From: a virus
Lineage: Duplodnaviria > Caudoviricetes
IMG/VR virus record: IMGVR_UViG_2602041781_000001
Coordinates: 1,767 to 65,766 of that record
Reading direction: 5' to 3' (one strand)
Length of the DNA stretch: 64,000 nt
Of the stretch, positions 17,901 to 27,805 are shown piece by piece (positions within the stretch are counted from its first letter, which is position 1; every line of letters begins with the position of its first letter). The translations under genes and the position numbers were made by a program. The notes under the pieces are model-generated. The model made no database searches. It saw only the letters and a program-made list of their open reading frames with translations, and was not told the origin of the DNA.

Positions 17901-20401
17901 TCCAGACTGGGATCTCGCGCGTCGGCGACTTCTTCTCCGACGTCGTCGACGGCATCCAAGTTGCCTGGGGCCGACTGCAATCCGCGGCCTCGACCCCGAT
18001 CAACTGGGTGATCAACCACGTGATCAACGGCGGCATCGGCCGCGCGTGGAAGGCCGTCGACAACTTCCTCGGAGGGCACCTGCCGGACTGGGTCGACGTC
18101 AGCCCGATCGGGATGGCCGTCGGCGGCGAGGTCCCCATGGCCAAGGGTGCCGAGCGGGGCAAGGACTCGGTCCGCATCCTCGGTATGCCGGGCGAGCACA
18201 TGTGGGACGTCGAAGACGTCAACCGCGCCGGTGGTCAGAAGGCGATGTACCGGATGCGCGACATGGTCATGCGCGGGGAGCCGTTCACCTGGACCCCGGG
18301 CGGGCTCGCCGCGGCGACCGGTGACGGCGCGCTGCCGCGCTACGCCAAGGGTGGCGAGCTGTCGGCTGGTGACAAGCTGTCTCCGCTCCCCGGCGAAGGC
18401 GGCCTCCAGCCGATTGCGCAGCTCATGGCGCGCATTATCAAGGGCACCTGGCCGAAGACGGTGTCCTCCATCGGCGGGTATCGGCCGCCGGACGGCTACA
18501 ACGAGCACTCGTCCGGCCGCGCGCTCGACGTCATGGTCACCGAGCTTGGTGGGAAGACCGGCGACGAGGTCACCGACTTCTCGATGGCGAACCACCCGAA
18601 CTACCCGGTGACGCACACCATCTGGAAGCAGATGATGCACTACCCGCCGGACGGCCGCACCGAGGGTATGGACGACCGCGGGTCGCCGACGCAGAACCAC
18701 ATGGACCACCCGCACATCTGGTATGCGCCGAACCAGGGGGCGATCAACCCCAACGTCATGCCGGACAACATCGTGTTCGGCGGGGTTACCGACGCCGGTG
18801 TGCGCAAGGGGATCACCGCGTGGGCTGAGAAGGCCTTCAACACCGCGCTCGCCCCGGTGAAGAAGCTGCTCGACACCCAGGCGTTCAACCCGCCACCCGA
18901 GATCAAGGCGACCCCGCGCGAGCTGTACAAGGGTGTCGTTCAGCCCGCCAAGGAGAAGCTCCTCGACAAGGTGTCGGAGCTGACCTCCATGGAGGGCTGG
19001 AAGAACATGCTCGGCGGCGCCGTGGACAAGGTCCGCAAGGGGGCTGGCGGCCTGCTCGGCGGGATCGCGAAGCTGTTCGACACCGGCGGCGTCGTCCGGC
19101 CGGGCACCACCGTGGTGCAGAACGACACCGGCCAGGACGAATACCTGCTCAACCCGCTCGACACGCTGATGCTGCGCGGGCTCATCGGTGCGCTCCGCGG
19201 CATCGGGATCAACCCGAAGATCGAGCAGCAGGCTCCGCTGACCCCCGAGGGCACCGGTCCCGCAGACGTCAATATCGCTGGCGTCGGCGGCCAGTCGACG
19301 ACCCCGGGCGAGCTTCCCGTCCCGAAGCAGGACGAGATCAAGCCTCCGACGGCTCAGGATCTCGACGGAGGGCTCTCGGGGACCGGCTCCGGCGCGGCGA
19401 CCATCCCGCTGAAGCGCAACCCCGACGGCACGTACACGTCGACCGACCCCGAGTGGGCCAAGCTCATCAAGCGGGAGTCCGGCGGCGACCCCACGGTCAC
19501 CCAGAAGGTCACCGACGTCAACAGCGGCGGCAACGAGGCGTCGGGTCTCTTCCAGATCGCGAAGGGAACCTGGGCCTCGAACGGCGGCACGAAGTTCGCG
19601 CCGACCGCCGGTGAGGCGACCCCGGAGCAGCAGGCCGAGATCGCCGCGAAGATCTTCAACGACCAGGGTGGCTCTCCCTGGGGGTCCGGCGCGGGCCAGA
19701 ACTTCGGCCGCGAGGACGAGGCGCTGCTGCGTGCGGGCATCCGTCCGGCCACCCCGGCGGGCACGAAGGACGACCCGGTCTCGGTCACCGTCGACACCCC
19801 GTCGGCCGACCCGTCGAAGGATTGGCCGACCACGGCGGACACCGCTCCCGGCGACAAGACCGGGTCGGCGTATGGCCAGAACCTCCAGGGTGCGGCGATC
19901 GGGCCGAACGGCGAGTACAAGCCGGATCGGAACGTCACCCCGGGACCGAGCGGGACCGCGGCGCAGAAGCCGATGTTCATCAACCCCTTCGACACCTTCG
20001 AGGGCAAGATCGGGCAGAGCTTCGCCGAGCACACCCCGCTCGGCATCGGCGGTCCGCAAGTCTCCAAGCTCGCCGAGAAGGCCCCGGCCATCACCGAGCT
20101 GGCCAACGGCGTCGCACAGAACATCCCGGCCTACGCCGCGGCGTTGGCGGGCAACCCGGCCATGCTCGCTGAGAAGGTCGCCACCGCCACCGGCGCCTGG
20201 GCCACCAAGACCGCGACTGACTTCGCCAGCTACGTCCCCGAGAACGCCGGAGGCATGGTCGAGTCGCTGCTGTCCGCAGCCGCCGGGCCGCTGATTGGTA
20301 CGGTGAACACCGGCCTGAGCAAGGACGACTTGACGTCAACCATGGAGGACGTCCAGAACCGGCAGATCAGGCGGACCAAGACCGGGCGACGGAGGATCTG
20401 A
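14987..20401 (+). CDS. tape measure protein with peptidase-like and Rpf-like transglycosylase domains
   Basis: 1804 aa Ala/Leu-rich helical protein with Trp periodicity; EHSSGRALD...HMDHPHI; IKRESGG...GLFQI..TW...EQQAEIA...QG.SPW. Confidence 0.95.
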   Translation: MAKTFLVGEGAVRLIPNAAGFHVKARKAIKEGGGLNVGVDLRPETKAFRQEARTRLQSVKLTHDVKLRADITGFSRDAQAKIAATRNLSANVNLRTTLDKGSLRSAYDAARSLLTAWGPLHVSIKASVDDADLRRALEQMRVRVESARLTANIRSRDRGGFGGPSRGGGGLGGGGGGGGGRPVRKAAIATATIAAPIVTQAALGGLTALVGAASQAAGALGLIPAAATAAGAGLAAVAIGAVGIGGAFSALSDASEQAGSAVSQSASQQASAQRQIAQADRGLATAHRGVTRALEDLNNERRNAVRRLRDMNDELKMAPINEREGALAIKESYKRLQEAYASGDVLEIEGAQIDVEKSKLQYDQIRKQNSDLAADVAVANKKGVEGDSQVIAAKDGVVDANNALIDAQDALTSAMESAAEATKQMAAGTDKLAQAMAKLSPNAQDFVRKIHALGPAWTETRKFIQDNLFAHLGDSVTTLANVQLPVLRTGLAGIASEINLGVRGALATFSTEMAAADFTTTLENTRQMWAGIGQSFAPFSQAFMNLATVGSTFMPRLGTAVANMANEFKAFTDEARADGSMQEFFENSLTMAKQLGRILANVGAIVGEVFSAGAEVGGGFLNTIETATGELREFLGSAEGQTALTTFFEGVRVAVQTLAPIIQIVASTILTVLGPALTDLVIGLGPGLVAMFEGLSVGLAAIQPVMQVVGQAIGTIGVELGEVFKVIGPVIAETLSALAPAVQPLAQAFGSLITAVAPILPLLAQLVAQLVGALAPVLTTLFDALAPVISQLVEALMPVIPPLAEVLGRLAGVFGEIIAKLLGALGPVLVDLVNTFMDLITQVMPFTNLLLDLVAEVLPAFASILTEILPLLPALVQPLVELAMTVLPHLLPVFQALVPIIGEVMKFIAGIISWAIREVIVPVITWLSTPLENIGRVFGWLWNEAIKPAWDGITNAISWGWENLISPAFDALQTGISRVGDFFSDVVDGIQVAWGRLQSAASTPINWVINHVINGGIGRAWKAVDNFLGGHLPDWVDVSPIGMAVGGEVPMAKGAERGKDSVRILGMPGEHMWDVEDVNRAGGQKAMYRMRDMVMRGEPFTWTPGGLAAATGDGALPRYAKGGELSAGDKLSPLPGEGGLQPIAQLMARIIKGTWPKTVSSIGGYRPPDGYNEHSSGRALDVMVTELGGKTGDEVTDFSMANHPNYPVTHTIWKQMMHYPPDGRTEGMDDRGSPTQNHMDHPHIWYAPNQGAINPNVMPDNIVFGGVTDAGVRKGITAWAEKAFNTALAPVKKLLDTQAFNPPPEIKATPRELYKGVVQPAKEKLLDKVSELTSMEGWKNMLGGAVDKVRKGAGGLLGGIAKLFDTGGVVRPGTTVVQNDTGQDEYLLNPLDTLMLRGLIGALRGIGINPKIEQQAPLTPEGTGPADVNIAGVGGQSTTPGELPVPKQDEIKPPTAQDLDGGLSGTGSGAATIPLKRNPDGTYTSTDPEWAKLIKRESGGDPTVTQKVTDVNSGGNEASGLFQIAKGTWASNGGTKFAPTAGEATPEQQAEIAAKIFNDQGGSPWGSGAGQNFGREDEALLRAGIRPATPAGTKDDPVSVTVDTPSADPSKDWPTTADTAPGDKTGSAYGQNLQGAAIGPNGEYKPDRNVTPGPSGTAAQKPMFINPFDTFEGKIGQSFAEHTPLGIGGPQVSKLAEKAPAITELANGVAQNIPAYAAALAGNPAMLAEKVATATGAWATKTATDFASYVPENAGGMVESLLSAAAGPLIGTVNTGLSKDDLTSTMEDVQNRQIRRTKTGRRRI

Positions 20402-21318
20402 TGGGGGCTCTGAGCCGCGGAGACAAGACCTGGGTCATCTACCGCGGGCCGGAGGGTGGCCGGTTCTGGCTGTCTGGAATGCCCGGCCGCGGGAAGCAGG
20501 GTGTCGAGCTGGCCAACGGGCTCGTCGGACTCGACCGGCCGCCGACGGAGCTGATCTGGCTCCAGGAGGCCCGGCAGAACGGCGCCGACCTCGTCGGCTC
20601 CAACGTCGACGTCCGCACGGTCAAGGGAGCAGTGAACATCCTCGGCCGCACCCCGCGGGAGCTGCGCGCGGCCTACGACGACTGGCAGCGGAACAACTTC
20701 GTCGATCGCTACTCGCGGCTGTTCTTCATCAACAGCTACAGCGGCGTGCGGTTTCTCGACGTGCTCCTCGGCGAGTCGACGAACCAGTCGATCGACAAGG
20801 ACCCCGCGCTGCTCCGGCGGATCGTGGACTACCCCTGGACCCTCGTCAGCCCGAACCCCTACTACAAGGGCTACACCGAGGAGTTCACCGGCAAGGTCCC
20901 GGCCAGCGGCGAGTCGACCGTCGAGATCAAGGTGCGCAACCTCGGCTCGGCGCCGCGGACCTATCCGCGCATCTACCTGCCTGGACCTGGTGTCTGGCAC
21001 ATCCCTCGCGGCACACGTGCGGCGAACTGGCGCGGCGAGGAGAAGCTCGGCTCGATCGACAACGAGGACACCATCCCGCTCCCCGCGCTGAAGACCGGCG
21101 AGGGGGTTTGGCTCAATCCGGATCCGCGCATCGAGACCATCACCCGGGAGTCGGCCGACGGCAAGGAGAAGAACCTCTGGGCACAGATGAGCGGGCAACG
21201 GCCGAGGCTCTGGCTCAATCCCCGCAGCGAGGAGACGTGGAAGTTCCGTGTCACCGGCGGGGTGTCGGGCCGCGAGGTCCGCATGGTCGTCCAGCCTCTC
21301 TACCTGACGTTCTGGTGA
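20401..21318 (+). CDS. minor tail protein (distal tail-like)
   Basis: First gene after TMP, 305 aa. Confidence 0.8.
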   Translation: MGALSRGDKTWVIYRGPEGGRFWLSGMPGRGKQGVELANGLVGLDRPPTELIWLQEARQNGADLVGSNVDVRTVKGAVNILGRTPRELRAAYDDWQRNNFVDRYSRLFFINSYSGVRFLDVLLGESTNQSIDKDPALLRRIVDYPWTLVSPNPYYKGYTEEFTGKVPASGESTVEIKVRNLGSAPRTYPRIYLPGPGVWHIPRGTRAANWRGEEKLGSIDNEDTIPLPALKTGEGVWLNPDPRIETITRESADGKEKNLWAQMSGQRPRLWLNPRSEETWKFRVTGGVSGREVRMVVQPLYLTFW

Positions 21319-21322
21319 GCCG

Positions 21323-22942
21323 ATGACCACCGCATTCATGGACCCGCCGCCGATCTCGATGGACGACCGCGGGATCATCCCTCCGTGGCGCACAGAGGTC
21401 GACATCGAGGTTCGTCGCTGGATCGACGACGACCCGATGGGCCTGGAGGGGTACTGCAACGACTTCATCGGTGCCGAGTTCGACTTCGCCGAGAACGAGA
21501 CCGGCCCGGGCCAGATCGAGGTTCCCCACAACTCCCGGTGGGCCAAGATCTTCGCGAACTGCGACAACGAGAACGTGTTCGTTCATGCCCTGGTCAACGG
21601 CAAGTGGTGGACCGGCCGCGTCGACAAGTGCCGCAAGCGTCGAAAGGGCAAGACGCGCACCGTCATCGCCGAGCTGGTCAGCGACTATGTCTGGCTCGAA
21701 TCGATGTTCTGCTGGCCAAACAACTTCACCCCCTTGGGATTTCAGTGGCCCAAGAAGAACGTGAAGCTGATGCCGACGAAGTCGATGATCGAGAGCTACA
21801 TCTTCGAGGTCATCTTCCGGCTCCAGGCGTTCGGCAGCGGGCTCTACCGGTTCCCGATCGGCTTCTTCAACGACCCCGGCAAGCACTGGTGGTCGATGAA
21901 CGTCAAGGACTGGGCGCAGCCATGCGTGGTGATTCCCGGCAACGTCCTCTACGACACGACCCGCTGGAACGCTCTGCTCGCGCGGATGACCCCGCTCGAC
22001 GAGCTGTTCAAGGAGGTCGCCTACGACGAGCACGTCGTCATCGAGGCGCAGGCCTGGGTCAAGGGGCGAGACCCCCAGCCGTCCAAGGACATCACCCTCG
22101 ACAAGTCGTGCATCTACTTCCAGGTCAAGGACAAACGAGGGGTCACCGGCCGCACCGGCACGCTGCTCGATGGCCTGTTCAACACCATCATCGACACGAT
22201 CAGCCCGGTCGTGGAGAACGTTGTCGGCGCCTTCACCGAGAACAGCTCGATGTACTCGCTGTCGAAGTTCTACGGGACCGACCCCAAAGACCCCTGGGTG
22301 GTCATCCGCGAGGACGACCTCGACGACGACATCGACGAGTCCGAAGTCATCATCAACAGCCCCCAGGCGCACACCGGGATCGTCGGCGGACAGGCCCCTG
22401 AGTGGCTGAACAAGGGCATCGAGATGGTCGCCAACGCGGCGATCGGCGGGATTCTGGCCATGGCGGGGATCTCGTTCCTGTCAGACCTGATCAGCGGCGA
22501 ACTCTCCGACATCGTCATGGCCTTCCAGAGCCAGACGAACGAGCGCCTCCGCGCCAAGTTCGGCATCTTCATGCTCCCGGAGGCCTTCGCGGGCACCGGC
22601 ACCACGGCGTACACCTTCGACGCGGTCCAGGCCCTCCGCAAGATCATGTATGAGACCCGGCCGTACCGGTCGTTCTCAGTCACGATCAACGACGGGAAAC
22701 CGTTCGTCCCGTTCGTCCACTTCGACATCGGGGACCCGATCGGGTGGGAGGACGAGGGCGAGATCCACGTCGACTACGTGCGCCGGATCATCGTCACACT
22801 CAGCCGCGAGCGCAAGACGAAGATCACGATCAAGGTCGGCGACGACCAGGGGTTGAAGGACCCGATGGAGGCAGCGATGAAGCGGGTGCAGGGGGTCAAG
22901 CAGGCCTTCGACTTCTGGACTTTGTCGGACGCCGGGTCCTGA
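21323..22942 (+). CDS. minor tail protein (baseplate hub-like)
   Basis: Second gene after TMP; WTGRV, WPN.F.P.GFQWPK, VGGQAP.WLN, HFDIGD motifs. Confidence 0.85.
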   Translation: MTTAFMDPPPISMDDRGIIPPWRTEVDIEVRRWIDDDPMGLEGYCNDFIGAEFDFAENETGPGQIEVPHNSRWAKIFANCDNENVFVHALVNGKWWTGRVDKCRKRRKGKTRTVIAELVSDYVWLESMFCWPNNFTPLGFQWPKKNVKLMPTKSMIESYIFEVIFRLQAFGSGLYRFPIGFFNDPGKHWWSMNVKDWAQPCVVIPGNVLYDTTRWNALLARMTPLDELFKEVAYDEHVVIEAQAWVKGRDPQPSKDITLDKSCIYFQVKDKRGVTGRTGTLLDGLFNTIIDTISPVVENVVGAFTENSSMYSLSKFYGTDPKDPWVVIREDDLDDDIDESEVIINSPQAHTGIVGGQAPEWLNKGIEMVANAAIGGILAMAGISFLSDLISGELSDIVMAFQSQTNERLRAKFGIFMLPEAFAGTGTTAYTFDAVQALRKIMYETRPYRSFSVTINDGKPFVPFVHFDIGDPIGWEDEGEIHVDYVRRIIVTLSRERKTKITIKVGDDQGLKDPMEAAMKRVQGVKQAFDFWTLSDAGS

Positions 22943-22973
22943 CCGATAGACTGACCGCGACCGAGGGAGAGAG

Positions 22974-24083
22974 ATGCCGGACACAATCAAGGAAGCCATC
23001 GTTCAGCTACGGCTGCGTTGGGACGGCGACGTCATGGACTACGAGTCCACGCGCCGCGCGATCATCGAGGTCACCAACGGTGTCGGCGAGCTGCTTCTCC
23101 CCCGCGGACGGAAGGGAGACCCCGGCAACGACGGCGAGCCTGGACCCAAGCTCGCGCCGGATCTCGTCGTCGAGGAGGCCAACGACGCCGACGTCACTCC
23201 GCAGCTCCCCCAGGGTCTCGCCGATGGTGACCGCGGATACGTCGTCATCAACGACACCACCAAGACGGCGTGGTTCTGGTCCGGTGAGCAGTGGTTCATC
23301 GTCCACGACGTCGTCGGCCTCCAGGGAGAGATCGGCCCGTCGGTCGGCTTCACCGTCGGCTCCGTCACCACCTCTCCGTCCGGCGGGCAGGCCTCGGTCT
23401 CCATCGACCCGTCGTCCACCCCGACGAACAAGATCCTCAACTTCACCCTCCCCCGGGGCGACAAGGGAGCCGTCGGCGTCGGCCAGAAGGGCGAGCCCGG
23501 CGACGCGATCACCGCGGCGGCCGATTTCGAGATGCCCGAGGAAGGCCTCCAGGACGGACAGGTGCCGGTCTGGGACACCACCGCGGGCAAGTTCATCCCG
23601 CTGACCAACACTTCGGGACCGGTCGGGCCTTACGGGCTCGGACCCAACGAGTTCACCGTCGTCACCGACAACAACTGGTCGAACGACTACAAGGTCGTCG
23701 CTCAGATCGACATCCCCGCACAGGCTTTCGCCTGGCACCCGAGGGTCTTCGCGCAGTGCGACGTCCGGCTCACCGGCGTCCAAGCTCGCGTCGACCTCGA
23801 AGCTCGACTCGGTTCCCCGACCGGACCAGTCATCGGCCGCGGACCGGGCCACACGATCTCGGCCTTCATCGACAACTACTACCCGCGCGACCTTTCCCCA
23901 GCGTTCGAGGGAGGCCCGATCACCCCGGACTCCACCGCGTACTCCGTGGCCAAGGGAGCTGTCGGCTCGATCTATCTCGTGATCCGACGCATCGACACTT
24001 TGGCCACATTCGGCGTCTCCACCCGGCGGGACCGGTCCTCGCTGACCGTCTACTGCGACCCGATCCCGGGCTCGGAGAGCTGA
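22974..24083 (+). CDS. minor tail protein with short collagen-like repeats
   Basis: GxY triplets (GRKGDPGNDGEPGP, GQKGEPGD). Confidence 0.85.
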   Translation: MPDTIKEAIVQLRLRWDGDVMDYESTRRAIIEVTNGVGELLLPRGRKGDPGNDGEPGPKLAPDLVVEEANDADVTPQLPQGLADGDRGYVVINDTTKTAWFWSGEQWFIVHDVVGLQGEIGPSVGFTVGSVTTSPSGGQASVSIDPSSTPTNKILNFTLPRGDKGAVGVGQKGEPGDAITAAADFEMPEEGLQDGQVPVWDTTAGKFIPLTNTSGPVGPYGLGPNEFTVVTDNNWSNDYKVVAQIDIPAQAFAWHPRVFAQCDVRLTGVQARVDLEARLGSPTGPVIGRGPGHTISAFIDNYYPRDLSPAFEGGPITPDSTAYSVAKGAVGSIYLVIRRIDTLATFGVSTRRDRSSLTVYCDPIPGSES

Positions 24084-24084
24084 C

Positions 24085-26451
24085 ATGACCTACCCCGCGG
24101 AGGGGAACCGGGGCACTCCGCGCGAGCTGCTCGAAGCCGGAGCGCAGCTCGCGTTGAAGCGTGACATCTGGGACCCCAAGAGCGTCCAGGAGATCGTCGC
24201 CAAGATCTTCGACCTCTTCGACTTCGACATCCCCAATTGGCAAGACGCCATTGCCAATTGGGAGGCGCTGAAGGACGCCTTCGAGGGTACCTATGTCGGA
24301 AATGATGTCGCGCTGAACATCATTCAGAACACCGTCGGAACGATCCGCCGACTGGTCACCGGCCTCATCGACCCCTCGCGCCTCCCGCTGATCCCGTTCA
24401 GTCACATCGGGGAGGCCTACCCCAACCTGCTCGACAACGGCAGCTTCGAGGGTCCGGACTCGCTCGCCGGTGACGACGACTGGATCTGGGACGGTGCCGA
24501 GGGACACAACGCTCTTGGCTCGGCGCGCGCTACCGCTGACGGTAGTCGAAAGGTGTTGCTCTCCAACGCCGTAGCCGCGACTCCGGAGCAGAAGTTCAAC
24601 CTTGCCGGATGGGTGAAATGGACCGGGCTCACCGCGGGTGCCGCGGCGTTGCGCGTCTCGGCGGTGGCCTACAACGGCACCGCGGTGGTCGAAGAATCGG
24701 TGATCGTCAACGCCGACTCGCCGGGAGCCGCGTCGAACTGGATCGAGTTCACCGGAACGTACCAGGTGCCACCGACAGCCAACAGCGTGCGCGTGCAGGT
24801 CGAGGTCGGCGCGTCGGCCACCGCGGGCACTGTGTGGTGGGACGACATCAAGATCTCGAAGTACGGAAGCCTCCCGCAGCGCTTCGTCAGCGGGCTGCTC
24901 GACGCACTTGGGGACCTCGGCGACGGCATCGCCGCGGTCGTCGGCCGCATCGGCGACTTCTTCGATAACATCACCGGCCGCGTCGGCGCCACAATCGTCG
25001 ACATCCAGGAGTGGGTCTCCCAACTCGGCACGATCCTCTCCGGCGGGACCGTCGGCTCGGGCATCCTCCCGACCCTGTCGAACGGCCTGCGCAACGTCGT
25101 CGGCGGCGTCCAGAACTTCATCCAGAACATCATCGACACCATCCTCTCCGCACTGCGCAAGGTGCCGGTCATCGGCGGACTGCTCTCCGACGTCGAAGAG
25201 GACATGACCCAGCTCGGAGACACCGCGACCAAGGGCCTGTCGATCGCACAGGACGGTCGCACGCTCGCGCAGTCGACGGTCTACAACATCGCCACCTCGC
25301 GACCGCTGTGGTCCGGTCTCGACCCGACCGCCGAGGTGTCCTTCCCCTGGAACGAGCTGTTCTACAACACCGGCGGGTCGCTATCGACGCAGGTCATCAC
25401 GCCGACCATCGCGCGCATCGTCAAGATCCGCTGCCAGGTCGACCAGATCATGAACACTGTTGCGTTTCTCGCCTCGAAATCCGGGACGTCGCAGACGGTC
25501 TTCATGAACATCTACCGGTACAACCCCGACACCGCGGTCTGGAACCGGGTCTACGCCACCTCGGCGAGCTTCGCCACGCTGATCGGAGCCTCGCTCAACC
25601 GGGTCACCTTGAAGTTTTCCAACGATGGGTTCCCGGTCAGCGCGCAGGAACTCTACGCCTTCGAGTTCTGGTGTGTCGGAGGTAATATCACCTTCGCCGC
25701 GAAGACCTCTCCGGTCGCGCCGATCCCGGGAGTCGTCCCCGGGGCCATCGGCGGGTCGCGGAACCCCACCAGCGCGAACATGAATCAGATCACGAGCGCC
25801 GAGATGGAGGCGATGAACGACGGCAACACGATCTATCTGGAGTTCGGCTCCGATCTCGGGCAGCTCGAACTGCCGCGCCACTTCTTCATCAACTTCGACA
25901 ACTACTCGTGGCAGAACTGGGTGCGCAACACCGTCGGCGAGAGCGGTCAGCTCCAGATCGTCGACGGCAAGGTCCAGTACGGCGGGAGCGACGACGGCCT
26001 CCAGACCGGCGTCTTCGGGTCCCAGACCCTTACGGACGAGATGGCCATCATTGCCACCCTCGATGCTCCGAAGACGACGGCCTACTCGATCCTCGGCATC
26101 TGCTCCGACAATACGACCAGCAACAACAACTCGCAGACCGTGCTCATGCGGGTCTACCGAGGGTCCGTGGCCATCATGACCGGCACCACCGTGCGCAACA
26201 GCGCTGACGGCACCTTCGTCGCCGGGGCCTACCGACTTCGCGCACAGAACGTCGAGGGCGGGTTCCGGCGCTTCGTCGCCGAGCGGTGGGATGGGCAGGA
26301 CTGGGCCTTCATCGTCGACTGGGTCGACAGCGGCTCGGTCGCAGGCAGCGGTCCCGGCCGCCGGTACGGCGTCATCGCGATCCACCGCGCCTTCTTCAAC
26401 GACGGCCCGCCGATCGACAACGTCCAGATCCTCGACATGGCCGCGGCATGA
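24085..26451 (+). CDS. minor tail protein with carbohydrate-binding-like domain (candidate receptor-binding protein)
   Basis: NLLDNGSFEG...VWWDDI CBM4/9-like segment; beta-rich C-terminus. Confidence 0.85.
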   Translation: MTYPAEGNRGTPRELLEAGAQLALKRDIWDPKSVQEIVAKIFDLFDFDIPNWQDAIANWEALKDAFEGTYVGNDVALNIIQNTVGTIRRLVTGLIDPSRLPLIPFSHIGEAYPNLLDNGSFEGPDSLAGDDDWIWDGAEGHNALGSARATADGSRKVLLSNAVAATPEQKFNLAGWVKWTGLTAGAAALRVSAVAYNGTAVVEESVIVNADSPGAASNWIEFTGTYQVPPTANSVRVQVEVGASATAGTVWWDDIKISKYGSLPQRFVSGLLDALGDLGDGIAAVVGRIGDFFDNITGRVGATIVDIQEWVSQLGTILSGGTVGSGILPTLSNGLRNVVGGVQNFIQNIIDTILSALRKVPVIGGLLSDVEEDMTQLGDTATKGLSIAQDGRTLAQSTVYNIATSRPLWSGLDPTAEVSFPWNELFYNTGGSLSTQVITPTIARIVKIRCQVDQIMNTVAFLASKSGTSQTVFMNIYRYNPDTAVWNRVYATSASFATLIGASLNRVTLKFSNDGFPVSAQELYAFEFWCVGGNITFAAKTSPVAPIPGVVPGAIGGSRNPTSANMNQITSAEMEAMNDGNTIYLEFGSDLGQLELPRHFFINFDNYSWQNWVRNTVGESGQLQIVDGKVQYGGSDDGLQTGVFGSQTLTDEMAIIATLDAPKTTAYSILGICSDNTTSNNNSQTVLMRVYRGSVAIMTGTTVRNSADGTFVAGAYRLRAQNVEGGFRRFVAERWDGQDWAFIVDWVDSGSVAGSGPGRRYGVIAIHRAFFNDGPPIDNVQILDMAAA

Positions 26452-27524
26452 CCTGGTCACCGAACCCCGAGGTCGACACACCGATCCTCCCCGGGCTTGG
26501 TTGGTCGGCTGACGGACCCCAGGGACCGCCGGTCGATCCCATCGTTGGCTGGTGGGTGAAGAAGCAGCTCCTCGGGGTCGCCGACAGCTACAGCGAGCAC
26601 ACCGCGGTGCTCGCGGCTCGTCTCCGCGCCGAGATGGAGGCCACCGGCACGTTCTCGGCGACGACGGTCGCGCACCTTGTCGCCACCATCACGGCCGCTG
26701 CCACACACCCGACTTCCCTGGCCGCGCACCTCATCGCGACCATGCCGAGCGAGGCCGTCCACAGCGCACGAGCCAGTCTTCCGGTCGTCGGCATCGCTCC
26801 ATCGAGCGCGGCCTTCCCGGCGGCCGTGAGAGCACAACTCTTCGCCATGGCGATGGGTCTGTCGGAGCAGTCGGCTACCGTGATCGCGCACCTCGTCGCG
26901 ACCTTCACCTCATCGGCGTCCTTCACCGCCGCGGCGGCATACAGCCCGGTCGCCCCGCAGACCACCACCTACACCACTGTCGGCGCCTTCGCCTACCCGA
27001 TCCCCTCGTGGAGCATCTTCATCGACTGCATCGGGCTCGGCGGCGGCAAGGGTGGCCAGACTGGATCCGGTGCCAACAGCCAGCCGGGGTCCGGCGGGCT
27101 CCCCGGGGTGTGGGCCGGGATTACCCTCCAGCGCGGCGTCGACATTCCTTGGAGTGAAGCACAATTCACCGGAGTAGTCGGTGCTGGCGGGGCTGGGGGC
27201 GCGAACTCCGACAACGCGGCCGGGGGCAACGGCACCGCGTCGACAATCACCGCGTCGACAATCACCGCGTCAGTCGGCACCCTCACGGCGGCCGGAGGCA
27301 CTGGCGTCAACAGCGGGTCCACGAGACGTGATGGCCCGGGACCAGGCAACTACACTTACCTCGGCATCGAATACGTCGGCGGCGCGTTGTCCGACGGCAG
27401 CGGCCTTCCCGGCAACCCACCTGGCGGCGGCGGCTCCGGCGGTAACGGTGGCGTATTCGGCAACAGGACCCGCGGCGGCGCGGGAGCAAGGGGACAGGTG
27501 TGGTTCAGAGCGCGACAGTCATAG
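26448..27524 (+). CDS. glycine-rich minor tail protein
   Basis: ATGA-coupled start; GGGxGG repeats, PGGGGSGG...GARGQVW. Confidence 0.85.
   Translation: MTWSPNPEVDTPILPGLGWSADGPQGPPVDPIVGWWVKKQLLGVADSYSEHTAVLAARLRAEMEATGTFSATTVAHLVATITAAATHPTSLAAHLIATMPSEAVHSARASLPVVGIAPSSAAFPAAVRAQLFAMAMGLSEQSATVIAHLVATFTSSASFTAAAAYSPVAPQTTTYTTVGAFAYPIPSWSIFIDCIGLGGGKGGQTGSGANSQPGSGGLPGVWAGITLQRGVDIPWSEAQFTGVVGAGGAGGANSDNAAGGNGTASTITASTITASVGTLTAAGGTGVNSGSTRRDGPGPGNYTYLGIEYVGGALSDGSGLPGNPPGGGGSGGNGGVFGNRTRGGAGARGQVWFRARQS
27233..27271 (+). repeat. in-frame 15-bp tandem repeat (TASTI x2.6)
   Basis: CACCGCGTCGACAAT twice plus CACCGCGTC. Confidence 0.85.
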
Positions 27525-27802
27525 AGTTCGGGACCGAGTTCTGGATCGAGTTCGGCACCCAGCAGGTCGTGCCTCTCGACACCGAGATCACCGGCCGTCG
27601 GGTCGAGGACGGGTACCTCATCGTGGAGGCCTGGTGCGTCTACGACTACGGTCCCTTCTCCGAAGGCGCCACACCGGCTTTCGACTTCCAGGCGCTTCTG
27701 CTGGAGGCCAGCCTGTTCGGAGAGTTGATCGAGCCGACCGAAGTCACCTGCACCAGCTCGCCAGACGGCCAGGGTGCTCGCATCACCACGATCAAGGAGT
27801 AG
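27500..27802 (+). CDS. hypothetical acidic protein (tail module)
   Basis: Fills the gap between tail genes; start uncertain. Confidence 0.65.
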   Translation: MVQSATVIEFGTEFWIEFGTQQVVPLDTEITGRRVEDGYLIVEAWCVYDYGPFSEGATPAFDFQALLLEASLFGELIEPTEVTCTSSPDGQGARITTIKE

Positions 27803-27805
27803 ACC

